A stretch of DNA of 64,000 nt from Bacilli bacterium (lineage in GTDB: Bacteria > Bacillota_I > Bacilli_A > RF39 > UBA660). Below the pieces are notes generated by a model that ran no database searches, was not told the origin of the DNA, and saw nothing but the letters and a program-made list of their open reading frames with translations. Both the position numbers and the translations under genes were made by a program. The stretch covers positions 594 to 64,593 of the forward strand of contig JAFWJA010000013.1 of assembly GCA_017511805.1 (NCBI GenBank). The letters run 5' to 3'. Positions 8,685-22,900 of the stretch are shown piece by piece. Position 1 is the stretch's first letter. Each line of letters starts with the position of its first letter.

Positions 8685-9830
8685 ATGAAGAATATGGGGA
8701 TTATAAAAAATAAGACAAATTATTTATTTTTATCACTATTTTTAGTATATATTTTCTTATATAGAATGCTTATAATTCCTAAGTTTTTAAAGTATTCAGA
8801 AAGTATTACTTCTGTCTTTTTAATTTTTATGTTTATTTTATCAATTATGTTTTATGGATTTAAAAAGACAACTAATACTAATTTTAAAAAGAATGTTCTT
8901 AGAAAAGTATTAAAAATAACTGGTATATATTTCTTACTAATTTATTTTATTGGATTATTTACTGGTTATTTATCTAATGCGTATTCATTAAATCCTATAT
9001 CAATCTTTAATAATATATTTTTTCAAATAATTATTATAGTAATGATTGAATTAATTAGAAGTAATTTTATAAATTACAACAAAGGTGATAAAAGAATAAT
9101 AGCGTTACTTGTTATATTACTTACTATTTTTGAAATAATACTTAATTTTAAAATGGAATATATAAGTAATACAGAAGCTATATTTAAATTTATTACTTCT
9201 AAAATATTACCAATAGCTTTTAAAAATTATATGTGTTCATATTTAACATATTATACTGATTTTGAAACTTCACTTGTTTATTCATTAATAACTGGTTTAT
9301 ATAAATATTTAGTTCCAATAGAACCTAATTTAGATAATTTATTAATTTCACTTATAAATATTTTAATTCCGTTTATTATAGTTATGAGTGTTTCTAAATA
9401 TAGATTTAATTATGATGAGACAAGAGAAAATATAGTGAGCAAGAAATATGTTAGAAAGTCTGATATACCATTAATAATTCTCCTTGGAATATTAGTTTTA
9501 CTAGTATTTGGAGTTGGACCATATAAAGTGGTTGGTATAAGATCCGGTTCTATGTCACCTGCGATTAATGTTGGAGATGCAGTTTTGTTAGAACAAAATG
9601 TATCTAAAGAAGATTTAAAAGAAAATGATATAGTTGCTTATACAAATAAAAATAATGAAACTGTTGTTCATAGAATAATAGCAATAAATAAAGATGGTAC
9701 TTATATAACTAAAGGTGATCATAATAACACTGCTGATAAAGATTATGTAAGTATAGATCAAATAACAGGGAAGGTTAAATTTAGAATACCATATATAGCT
9801 TATCCTGCTGTATATTTTGATAGGAGATAA
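8685..9830 (+). CDS. Fusion protein: polytopic membrane domain (about 8 TM, unknown family) plus a C-terminal SipW-type (ER/archaeal-type, Ser/His) signal peptidase I domain
   Basis: The C-terminal approx. 120 aa carry GIRSGSMSPAINVGDAVLL (Ser box), VVHRIIA (His where bacterial-type SPases have Lys) and TKGDHNNTADKD (GD.N box). The N-terminal approx. 260 aa are hydrophobic. The true start may be the ATG at 8694, which has better RBS spacing. Confidence 0.8.
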   Translation: MKNMGIIKNKTNYLFLSLFLVYIFLYRMLIIPKFLKYSESITSVFLIFMFILSIMFYGFKKTTNTNFKKNVLRKVLKITGIYFLLIYFIGLFTGYLSNAYSLNPISIFNNIFFQIIIIVMIELIRSNFINYNKGDKRIIALLVILLTIFEIILNFKMEYISNTEAIFKFITSKILPIAFKNYMCSYLTYYTDFETSLVYSLITGLYKYLVPIEPNLDNLLISLINILIPFIIVMSVSKYRFNYDETRENIVSKKYVRKSDIPLIILLGILVLLVFGVGPYKVVGIRSGSMSPAINVGDAVLLEQNVSKEDLKENDIVAYTNKNNETVVHRIIAINKDGTYITKGDHNNTADKDYVSIDQITGKVKFRIPYIAYPAVYFDRR

Positions 9831-9831
9831 C

Positions 9832-10395
9832 ATGAGTAAAAATTTTAAATTGTTTACTTTGTTTGTAGTATGTGCAATATCATTTATGATAGCGTTAATG
9901 ACATATTATAACGATGATAAAAACTATACAATCTTATTTATATTTTTATTAGTAGTTAGTTTAGGATATATGATTTATATAATGTTTCATAAAACTGATA
10001 AAAAAGCAGTTTACAAGAAAAAGATAAAAAAGATTATGAAAGTATATCATTCAAAACTAGTTAGAATAAATGATAACTATGAACTAACTAATGAAAATAT
10101 AGTTAAAGCAAAAAACTTAGAAGATATATTTGATTTATCAGAAGAATTTGATAGACCAATAGTTTATTTGGAAGAACCTGAATCTTGCTTATTCATTCTT
10201 CAATATGGAGAAGATATTTTATACTATATACTTAAACAAGATGAAGAAAAGGAAACTAAATTTGAAATAGCTCTAAGAAGTTATAAAGAAAGAAATAAGA
10301 AAACAGAAAAAGAATTATTATCGAATATTAATAAAACAACAATAATTCAATTAAAGAACAATAAGTTCTATAAAATAAAACCAATTAAAAAATAA
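9832..10395 (+). CDS. Small two-TM membrane protein, paralog of 35204..35755
   Basis: The tracked ORF starts at a TTG (9817). An ATG at 9832 follows an AGGAG at 9822-9826. It shares ...EDIFDLSEEFDRPIVY... and a ...NKTTIIQLKNNKFYKIKP C-terminus with the 35204 gene product. Confidence 0.7.
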   Translation: MSKNFKLFTLFVVCAISFMIALMTYYNDDKNYTILFIFLLVVSLGYMIYIMFHKTDKKAVYKKKIKKIMKVYHSKLVRINDNYELTNENIVKAKNLEDIFDLSEEFDRPIVYLEEPESCLFILQYGEDILYYILKQDEEKETKFEIALRSYKERNKKTEKELLSNINKTTIIQLKNNKFYKIKPIKK

Positions 10396-10416
10396 AAAGA
10401 AAGGTGCTGATGTAGT

Positions 10417-10975
10417 ATGAATAAATTAGTTAATTTAATCAGAAATAATAAAACTAAATTTATTCTTTTTGCTATGGCTATATTAATAGCAAGTATTACA
10501 TTAGTAACAGCTTTATTAAGTAGTAATTTAAATATTAATGGTACTGCTTATATTGAAGAAAGTAGTTGGGTTATTTATTTTACTGATGTTAGAAAGAGTA
10601 CTGATTCTGTTGCATCAGATAATGATGCTAGAATAGTTAATTATGAAAAAACTAAAATTGAATTTTCAGCAGACTTACATAGAGGTGGAGACTTTTATGA
10701 GTTTACAGTATATACAGTAAACGATGGATCTATAGATGCGATGGTAGATTCGATAGAAAAGAGTGCTTTAACAGAAGAACAATTAAAATACTTAGAATTT
10801 AATGTTACTTATGATGATGGAAGGCAAATTCAAAGATGTGATCCACTTGATGCTGGAACTAGAAGAAGAGTAAAAGCAATTGTTAAATATAAAGACGGAA
10901 TAGATATGAGTGATTATCCTGATGAAGATGTTCATTTAGATTTATTCTTTAATATAAACTATGTACAAAAAGATA
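10417..10975 (+). other. N-terminal signal-anchor plus approx. 185-aa module shared with the 187-aa and 226-aa proteins (tentatively TasA/camelysin-like)
   Basis: By-eye alignment of three stretches. First, LLSSNLNINGTAYIEESSW versus ALQTQLEINGNTTIDAVGW. Second, GGDFYEFTVYTVNDGSIDAMV versus PGDFYEFTVDIVNAGTIDAKI versus PGQYYAFSVDIKNEGNLDAKV. Third, the C-terminal D..L.L...I.YV[QE][KD]. Confidence 0.75.
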
Positions 10976-13900
10976 ATGCATGTACTCCACAAGATTTTGG
11001 TGATGAACATGTACTTACAATTGTTCCAAATGGAGGTATTTATCAAGGAAGAACAGATGAAATAAGAGTATATCTTGAAGAAGGAGATACTTATACATTT
11101 ACTGAACCAACTAGAGAATTCTATAACTTTACTGGTTGGGAAGGTGATCCTGCTGAAGGAACATATACACTAGAAGATAAAGTATTCACAATGGGTAAAG
11201 AAAATGTTACAATGACTGCTTCTTGGGAAGAAGGAGACTATGTAGCAAGAATAATGAATGTATATTATCCTTCAATTCAATTAGCATTTGATGCGGCTGG
11301 TAATACTTGGGAAGATAATACAGTATATTTATTAAAAGATACTACAGAAGATCCTACAAATAATACTGATGAAAGTTTTGTATTTAATTTAGGTGGACAT
11401 ACAGTTACAGGAACACTTACAAATAGTGTTGATGGTAATTTAACTATAGTAAATGGTAGATTTGAAAATGAAGATGAAAATGAAATAACTGTTAGAAACT
11501 ACGGTATACTTACTATGGGTGTTGATGATGATGATGTACAAGTAGAAAGTAGTATAGCTATTTGTGGTGAAACTATTGGATTACAAAATGAAGCTGGTAG
11601 TGAATTCTATTTCTATGATGGTTACTTACAAGCAGTACATGCTTTAGTAGGTGGATATACTGATAAAGCTGATGGTTACTATGTAATAGTTGATTATAGA
11701 AAATCTATTAACAAAGATAGAGTATACTTAGTTAAGAATAATAACAGAGCAGTTGCTAAAACGACTACTAATGGAGATTTATATTACTATAACTTACAAA
11801 GTGCTATAGAAGAAGTAGAAGGTAATAAAAAAGATAATCCATCTTTAACTGATTCAGATTATATTATAACTGCAATAAGAAGTTTTGAAGCTGCTTATGA
11901 AATAGATGTACATAATAATTCAAGAATATTCTTTGATACTGATGGTTATAATATAGATTTTGGTGAAAACATTACTAACGATGGATACTTTAATATTTAT
12001 AATGGACAAGATAGTATTAGTACATTAAAGATGGCTAAGACTATTGCAAATAACGGTTCATTAATAATTAATAATCTATTATTTGAAGAAACTACTAATT
12101 CAAATATTATTAATAATACTGGTACATTAGCAATAACTAATTCAACGTTACATTCAAAATATGGTAATGCAGTTAATAATAGTGCAAATGGTACTGTTAG
12201 TTTAGATAATAATACATCATTAAAATCTGATGATGGATATGGATTAAATAACTCAGGTTCTAATTTAACAATAGGTGCAGGAACAATATATGGATTTAGT
12301 AATAGTGGTACTGCTACTATAACAGGTGGAAATTATATTACATTTGTTGATAAAACACAAAATGAATATAATACAAGATATACTAATGGTATATATAATA
12401 CTGGAACTATTAATATGAATGGTGGTAGTGTTCAAAATAATATATCTACTAATCCAATTGTTAATAGAGGAACATTTAATTATTATGATGGTGATTTAGA
12501 TTCTAGTACTACATTAATTGAAAACTATTATGGTACAGTTAATATTTTAGATAATGAAATATCTACAACAGGAACTGCAATTAATAATGGTACAGTTAAT
12601 ATTAATGGTGGTGATTTAATATCAGATACTACTACAATTACTGGATCAACTAATGTAACTGTTACATCAGGTGAAGTTAAATCAAATGAAGGAACAGCAA
12701 TTAGTATTTCTGGTTCAGTAAATGTAAATGGTGGTACTGTTACAGGTAAGACACAAGCTATTTCAACTAATAACTTTACTATTAGTTCAGGAACAGTTAC
12801 TAGTGAAGGGGCAGGTGTTAGTGCTAGTTCATCAAATGTATCAGGTGGAACAATCACTTCATCAGGTGTAGGTTTATCAACAACTAATTTAAGTATGACA
12901 GGTGGTACTATTACTTCTACTGATAATACAGGTGTATATGTATCTAATGATGGTACAATTACTGGAGGTAATATTAATGGTGATCTATATGGACTATATA
13001 CAAATAATAAAATTACTTTAGGTAGTAATGATGAAAATATAAGTACAGATAGTCCAGTTATTACTGGTAATAGTTATGGTCTATATATGAATGGAAATGA
13101 CAACAATTTCTATGATGGATTTATTAAAGGTCAAGTAGATAGTTATGAAGGAGAATTTACTGGTTTACCATTAGGAGGATTTGTTGCTAGAGAAGAACAA
13201 ACAATTTCTGATACTAATTATGTAGTAAGTTATGTTTCATTCTATGAAAACTGGTTAAGAGTAGGAGAAAATGAATATAATACAATAGATGCTGCTAGTG
13301 ATGCTATTACTGGAGAATCTGGAACAATAGAAGTTATTAAAGATGCTGAAATTAACTTTGAACAAACATTTAAAGCTAATTCAACAAAAGTAATTACTTT
13401 TGATTTAAATGGTCATAATATTACAACTACTCAAAATATTACAAATAGTAGTTTAGTAAATTTAACTATTACTGATAGTGGTAATGTAGCATTTAATGCT
13501 AAAACAGGTTTTATAAATAATGGAAATGTCACTTTTGAAGGTGGAACTTATACTTCAACTAATCCATATATAGTTACAAATAATAATGTTGTTACAATTG
13601 ATGGAGCAACATTTACAACTAATAGAGATGTTATTAATAATGGTAGTCGTACATTAATAATTAATAGTGGAACTTTAAATGGTTCAACAGTAGTATCAAA
13701 TAGTTATGGTTCAGTTACTATGAATGGCGGTACTATTAATGCTACTAATTATGGTATTATTAACGGTTCATTTGAAATGAATGGCGGTACTATTAATAGT
13801 AATGACTATGGTACAGCATATACAACTGTTCATATAATAGATGGTACGATTCATACTACAAATACTGCAATCTTCTCATATGGTACAAGTACTAATATTG

Positions 13901-16900
13901 AAGGAGGTACTATAACAAGTGATAATAGTACAGCAGTTGATGGAAGAAGATATGTTTCAATTAGCGGTGGTACAATTACAGGTACTATTGGTGTATATCA
14001 TACAACATATTCTGATGGATATTATATATATCAAGATAATATGTCAATTACAGGTGGTACAATTACAGGTACTACTGGTGAAGGTATTATTACATATTGT
14101 GGAACTCTTACATATAGTGATGCTACAACAACTGGTAATACAAATGGTTTAGTAGTAAGTTATGATACAAATAATTATGGAGCAACTGCTGTAATATTAT
14201 TTGGAACTATTAAAGGTAATACAAATGGTATTTTAAATAATGATACTTTAGTATTAGGAACAAATGATGAAACAATATCTAAAACAATACCATTAATTAT
14301 GGGTGGAGATTATGGTGTTTATAATAACGATAATAGAAATGCAACATTTAGATTCTTTGATGGTATTTTAAAAGGTTTAGAAGATGGACATTATGGTTTA
14401 GTTACAGAAATACCTGATGCATCAATGGTAGTAGATGATTATGAATTTATTGATAGAGTAGAATATCAAACTGAATATATAGGTGAACAAGCTGATTGGA
14501 TTAGAGTAGGTACTAGAACATTTAATTCAATTAATAAAGCTGCTGATTATATTGGTGAATCAGGAACTATGTATTTAATGCATGATGTATCTATATCATT
14601 TGATCAAGAATTACCTACTGGTAAAGATATAACATTTGATTTACAAGGTCATAGTTTAATGATGACTAATTCACTAAAAGTAAGTGGAACAGGAACAATA
14701 ATTGATTCAGTTGGTAATGGTGGTATTACTAATATTAAACAAAATGTATTTAATGTTACTGGCAACTTAATAGTTAATTCTGGTACATATACTGCTACTA
14801 ATACAAATACAATTAGTAATTCTGGAACAACTACTATAAATGGTGGAACAATTAGAAGTACTAAAGATGGAGCTCTTGGTATATATACAACAGGAACTAC
14901 TAATGTAACTGGTGGAAGTATTGATGCACCAAGAGGTATAGAAAATAATGGTGGAACACTTAATGTATCAGGTGGTACAGTTAGTGGAACAAATGGTATA
15001 GCTATTACAACAAATGCTACTACAAGTATTTCTGGTAGTGCTTATGTAGTATCTAGTACAACAGATGGTGTATATGTAAGTAATGGAGAAACAACAATTT
15101 CAGGTGGAACAATAAAATCACTTGGAGGAACAGCAATACATCAAAATGATTATTATAATTCAACATTAAATGTAACTGGTGGAGAAATAGAAGGTAATTA
15201 TAATGGTATTACTTCAGGAACAGGTACAACTAATATATCAGGAGGACATATTGTTGGTATAACTAATGTTGGTATAAATGCTGGAGGTACTAATTATATT
15301 ACTGGAGGTACTATTGAAGGAGCAACTTATGGTGTTTATTCAAATGGAACAACAACACTAGGTAATAATGATGGAACTATATCAATAGATGAACCTTCAA
15401 TAAAAGGTGAACTATATGGTTTATATATTTATTCAGGAACAGTTAATTTCTATGATGGTATTTTAAAAGGTATAACTGATGCATATAAAAATGAAATAAC
15501 TAATATACCAGACAGAACTGAGATATTTAATGATGTTGAAAGAATAGATAATTATGATTATAAGACAGCATATTTACTTACTGAATCTGTAATCGCAATT
15601 AATACTACAACAAATGAAGAATATACAAATCTACAAGATGCATTAGATGAAGCAAAAACTGGTGAAACAGTTAAATTACTTGCTAATGTACCTTTATATT
15701 ATGAAGTAATTAATAATAATGATGATCCAATTATATTAGATATGAATGGATTTAGAATTACAACAAATAAGAGAATTATTAATAATAAAAATTTAACAAT
15801 TAAAAATGATGGAGAAAATGATAGTTTCATTAGAACATCATCTGGTATTAATTTAATAACTAATACTGAAACATTAAATGTTTATAATGTTGAAATTATT
15901 AATAATTCATCATCAGTGTATGTAATTAATAATACTGGAACTTTATCACTTACCGAATCAAAAGTAACTGGTATAAATGATATTTCAAGTTCTAATAGTG
16001 TTACTTTAGATCATTCAATTATTAGTTCATCTAACATAGCTATTAATACTAGTGGAAGTTTAAATGTAACAGGTGGAAGTATTTCAGGAAGTTATTATTC
16101 AGTATATGCAAATAATAATAAAACAAATACATTAAGTGAATGTACTATTACTGGAACATATTATAACCAAGGTGGTAATTCAACTACATTTAATTATGTA
16201 ACAATGAATTCAAGTATTCAAAACTATAGTAGTACTATTACTGCTAATGGAAGTGTATTTAACTATAGTATATTAAATGCTGGTACATTTACATTACAAA
16301 ATAATTCAACATTAAATGGTGTTATATCACAAAATAGTGGAACATTAAGTGCTATAAATTCAACTATTAATTCTAGTTCAGATAGAGTAATTTATAACTC
16401 TGGAACAATGAATATAAATAATACAAATGTTAATGTTGATAGAGATTATGGGGATAGTAGAATCTTTAATAATAACGGAACATTAAATATTACAAATGGT
16501 TCAACTATTAGTGGTGGAGCTTCTACTACTGGTGCTAGCTACATGGGTATTTATAGTTATGGTAGTGGTAATGCAACTATAGAAGATTCTAATATTATCT
16601 TAAATAGTAGAAGTAATGTATATGGTGTATATGTTGATTCTACTAATTCACATGTAACTATTAAAACAGGTAATATTGAAGTTACAGGAAGTACATCATA
16701 TGGTGCTTATTTATCCGCAGGTACATTTACAATGGGTGAAGTCGAAGTAGGTGAACATTCTGGTACAGAAGATGCAGATGTTTCACAAACTAATCCAAAA
16801 GTACAATCAATTGGTAGAGCACAAGGTATTGGTGTTAAACATAATAATGCAAACTTTGAATTCTATGATGGTATAGTATGGGGTTCTAAATATTCTAAAC

Positions 16901-19900
16901 CAGATATCACTACATTAGTTGAATTAAACTACGAAGTTACTACTTATGTAGATATGGATAATGGTTATGAATATTCAGTACTTGAATTCATGAAACACGA
17001 TTATCAAGATTCAGTTGCTATATTAAATAATGTTTATTATAGAGATGTACAAAGTGCTATTGATAAATGTGAATCTCCTAATGATGAAATCTTATTATTA
17101 AGATCTACATCAGAAAACACATTAAATATACCAGAAGGTGCAAGTGTTAAGATTAATTTAAATGGTTATTCAATAACAACTAAAGTTACTAACAATGGTA
17201 CATTTAATATATATAATGGATCTCTTCAAAGCTTTGATGAAGTAACAGTTACAAATAATGGTACTTTGATTATAGGTAAAAATGATGGAACTATATCTAG
17301 TACAAATGTCAGAATAATAAGTGAATCAACTGCTATTCAAAATAATGGAACTGTTAAGATGTATGATGGATATATTCAAGGTGTTCCTTCAATTAATGGA
17401 ACTATTGATGAAATACCAAATCTTTCTAGAATTTATACTGAAGTAACAGATCAAATGGAAAGAAAGTACTTACAATCATTAAGTGAAGAAGCAATTATAA
17501 GTGGAGAAACAAAACTTATTATTACAATAGATCCAAATGGTGGTTCATATAATGGTAGTAAAGAGGTACAAGATGTATATGAAAACTATCATGTACCTTA
17601 TACATTATCAACTCCTATTAAAAATGGATGTACATTTATTGGTTGGGAAATAAGTGATCCAAGTGTATTATCTGGAACAGGTACAGAACAAGATCCATAT
17701 GTAATTACATTAGAATTAAGTGATATTACTTTAAAAGCTAAATGGAGTATTAATGATGATGTAGTTGCTCAAATAGGAAATGAATACTATACAACAGTAA
17801 TGTCAGCTATAGAAGATGCAAAAGATAATGATACAATTACAATACTAAAAGACGTTACTGAAGATGTAACAAATAATAAAAATGTAACAATAGATTTAAA
17901 TAATAATACAATCACAGGAGCATTTATTAATAACGGAATATTAAGATTAATAAATGGTGTTATTGAAAATGCAAATGGTACAGGTCTTGTTAATAATAAG
18001 ACATTGACTATGGGTGAAAGAGATGGTGTAGTAGTTACTGATAGTGTTAAGATTATGGGTACTACACTAGGTCTTGAACAAAATGGTTCATTCAATTTCT
18101 ATGATGGTTACATCGAAGGTGATGTAGCTATGTTAGGAAGAACTAATTCAGTTCCAAATGGATATTTCTTATATAATGAAAGAAATGTTATTAAGAATTG
18201 TCAAAGAGTATACTTAATTGGTAATCCTGCTAATGCAGTTGCGGTTATTGAAGAAGGTGGAACTCAATACTTCTTCAGTTTGCAAGATGCTATTAATACA
18301 GCAACAGTTTCTGGTAGTGAAATATTTATAGTAAGAGACTTTGAAGCTACATATACAATAACTGTAGATGAAGGTGCAGATATACTAATTAACATGAATA
18401 GTTATAATATTACAACTGGTAATGATATAACTAATAATGGTACTTTAAAAATATATGATAATTCAGAAAATAAGGGTTCAATTACTAGTGCTAGAACTAT
18501 TACAAATAATGGAACATTAACAATTGAAGATATTAGCATTACAGAATCTAATACAGATAATATCGCAATTAATTCTGTAGCTAATTCTTCACTTAATATT
18601 AAAAATGCTAATATAACAGCTCAAAATGGTTATGCAGTTAAGTCTTTAGGTAATTTAAAACTTGAAGGTGATTATAATCTAGATTCAAATGATTATGCAT
18701 TATATGCTGGTGGTACTACTGAAGATATTACAACTGGTAATATAGCAGGTATGGAATTATATTCAGATTTAAATATTGGTGGTACAGTAAACGTAATATC
18801 TAAAACCGCAGCAATTGCTATAAGACAACCAGTAAATTTAACTATAGATGGTGGTTATTATAAAACAATAAATAGTAATTCAGGTATCTATAATGAAGGT
18901 GGTTCATCTACTATAACTATGAATTCTGGAACTATTGAGGCATACTATGGATTCTCATGTAGTTCAGGAACAACTACTTATACATTGAATGGTGGAACAA
19001 TAACTGCTAGTGATCAAGGTGCTAGAATGTATTCTGATAACTGTAATTTAACAGTTAACGATGGATCTATAACAGGTACTAATTATGGTGTTTATACATA
19101 TGGTCAATCTAATAAAATAAATATTAATGGTGGAACAATTACTGCTACTAGTTATGATGGTATTAGAGATGATAGAAGTAAAAATACAACTAGTTCTGAT
19201 GGTGAATATCCATATTTCTCAAAAATCAATGTATTAGGTGGAACAGTTACAGGTGCAAGATATGGTATTTATGAAATATATTCTAGAACAACTATTGGAA
19301 ATGCAGAAGTAAAAACAACATCAACTAGTAATAGTTATTATGCTATATATAATGGTGATTGGTCTAACTTATATATTAATGATGGAGCATTTGTTAATGC
19401 ACCATATGCATGTGGTATATATTGTTCAGGTGGTGTTGATATTCTTGGTGGAAGAGTAGTAACTGGACATAATAATGGATATGGAATCTACAGTAATTTT
19501 ATGGGATTAAATATGAGTGGTGGTTCTATTGAAGCAACAGGTAATAGCTCATATGGTATTTATTCTAATTCAAATTACTTTAAGATGAATATGACAGGTG
19601 GATCTATTACATCAAAGAATATAGGTGTTGCATTAGTAAATAGTGGAAACTACACAAGAGAATTTACTATGACAGGTGGATCTATTCAAGGTGATACTTA
19701 TGGTGTATATCAAACACAAAACTTTACAACAACTATAGGTAATGCTGAAGATGAGTTATCCACAACAATTCCTTATATAACAGGTGGTTTATATGGATAC
19801 TATAAAACAGCAGGAACTGCATATTTCTATAATGGTAGATTAAGAGGTCTAACATATGGATATAATGATATATTCAATAATATAAGAACAAAGATGGATA

Positions 19901-22900
19901 TCGCAGAGGTAACAGAAACTAGTGATATCGATCAAAATATAAAAACATATTCTGTTTCAGAATATTCATCTACTCCAGAATCAAATACACCAAAAGCTGG
20001 TGCTGGTTATGCAAAAATTACATATCTAGATGATTCTGGTAGTGTATATACTCAAAATCAACAATTTGATTATCCATATATGGGTTCTGAAGATACATTC
20101 ATACCTCTAGATTCAGGTAGATATTCTATAGAAGTATGGGGAGCTCAAGGTGGTACATATGATTCAACATATTATGGTGGCTATGGTGGCTACTCATATG
20201 GTGAAATAGAATTAAGTGCTGGTGAAACACTATATATTAATGTCGGTGGACAAGGTTCTTATACTGGTTCAATAGTCGACGGAGGATATAATGGTGGAGG
20301 ATCTGGTAGATATCGTGGAGGTTCTGGTGGTGGAGCTACATCAATAGCTACAGCATCTGGATTACTTTCAGAATTAGAAAATAATAAAGCTTCAATCTTA
20401 ATTGTCGCTGGAGGCGGCGGTGGAGGAGCTTATACAAATAGTGCAAATGGTAGTGCAGGAGGTTCTGGAGGAGGATTCGAAGGAGCAGACTCAATTATTA
20501 ATGCACGTGGAGATAACGTTCCTAACGGTTTCGGTAAAGGTGGAACTCAAGATCATGCTGGATGTGCAAGTAATAGTAAAAATTACTGTGGTGCATTTGG
20601 TCAAGGTGGTACATCTACAATGGATACTAGTTATTATGGATCCGGCGGTGGTGGCGGAGGCTACTACGGTGGTGGTACTGGTTACTATGATGGTGGAGCT
20701 GGAGGTTCTGGATATAATGGAAACTCTAGATTAACTAACAAAGTAATGTATGGTTACAGTGTTCCAATGACAAACGATGTTTGGATTAATAATTACTTAG
20801 TTGAAAGAGCGGGATTCATCGAAGTAAATGGAGAAACATTTAATAGCTTTGATGATGCATCAGAATATATCATAGATAACCTAAATGGCGTAGGAACAAT
20901 GAATATTGTTAAAGATGCTACTGTTCAAGAAGTAAGTACTATTTCAGGAACAACAATCACTTTAGACTTACAAGGACATGTATTAACAACAACTAAGACT
21001 ATTAACAATGAAGCAGACTTAACTGTTGAAGATGGTTCTACTCTAAAAACAGGAAAGATTGAAGATAATAAAGATAACGCATTTACTAATAAAGGATCTA
21101 TTACATTAGATGGTGTCTATGTTAAATCAACTGGATACAATGTAATCAATGGTTCTACCGGAACAGGTAGTATCGTTCTTAAGAATGGTAGTACACTTGA
21201 AGGTGCTAGAGGTATTTTATTAAATGCAGCTCAAAGTGTTACTATGAGTGATACAACAATTATTGCTACAACTGATGCTATTAGAAGTGATGCTGCTGCA
21301 ACAGTTACAATTAATTCTGGTACAATAACATCTTCAGATGTTGGTATTAGACTTCAAACAGATAATAATACATTAACTATTAATGATATAACTTTAACAG
21401 GAACTAATTATGGTGTTTATAACTATGGTCAATCTAGTGTAATAACTATTAATGACGGTACTATAACTGCTAATAATTATGATGGTGTTAGAGATGATAG
21501 ATCTAAGAGTACAACTACTTCAAATAATGAACATATATATTTCTCTAAGATTAATATTAATGGTGGAACAGTAACTGCTGGTAGATATGCAGTATATGAT
21601 ATTTATAGTTATGTTAATGTATCTAATGCAGAATTAAAATCTACTTCAACAAGTTATGCAGTATATAATTATGATTGGGGTATATTTAGCTTAAATGATG
21701 GAGCATTTATTAATTCTCCTAATGGTGATGGTGTATTCTTAAACTCATCAATTTATATACATGATGGAAGTAGAATTTATGCAGGACATACTTCAGCATA
21801 TGGTATTGGTGGATATTATATAAATGTTGTTATGGATGGTGGTTCTATTGAGACACCAGGATCTAATGCTTATGGTATTAGAGATACTCAATATGAATGT
21901 AATATTAATATCTCAGGTGGTTCAATTACTTCAGGTAATATTGGTGTTGGTTTAAATAATAGTGGAAACTATACAAGACAATTTACTATGACAGGTGGAT
22001 CAATTCAAGGTGATACTTATGGTGTATATCAAACACAAAACTACGCTACTACAATAGGATCTGAAGAAGCAGAATTATCAACAACTATTCCATATATAAC
22101 TGGTGGTTTATATGGATACTATAAAACAGCTGGAACATCTAATTTCTATAATGGTAGATTAAGAGGTTCTACATTTGGTTATAATGATGAATTTAATAAC
22201 ATTAGAACTAAAAAGACTATAGTAACTGAATATGAATCAGGAACTATTGATTCAACATTAACTTATTCAACTGATCAAGTATCTGAATATCCTATTTCAA
22301 ACTATGCTAAAGCAGAAAATGGTTATGTAAAATTAACATATCTTGGTGAAACTGTAGGAACATGTACTAATAACCAAGTATATGAATTTGATTATACAGG
22401 TGAAGAAGAAACATTTACGGTAGAGTGTCCAGGTGATTATAAGATAGAAACTTGGGGAGCTCAAGGTGGTTCTTATAGTGAAACATATAGAGGTGGTTAT
22501 GGAGCATATTCAACTGGTACTATTTCATTAGTATTAGATGAAGTATTATATATTAATGTTGGAGAACAAGGTTACCATTGTGAAGTAAACTCTGGAAGAT
22601 GTGAAGGTACATATAATGGTGGTGGAGTTGCTATCGCAGGTAACCAAGATTCAAGTACTGGTGGTGGTGCTACTTCAATTGCTTTATCATCAGGAACATT
22701 ATATGAATTAGGTCAAAATAGTTTACAATCTGACGTTATCATAGTTGCTGCCGGTGGTGGTGGTACTGGACAAACTGGTTATGGTGGTGAAGGTGGAGGT
22801 CTTCTTGGATCTTCAGGAACTGCTAGTAATCTTGATTATAACCATTTATATGGTGGTACCGGTGCTTCTCAAACAACTGGTGGTACTAGAGAATCTGGTG

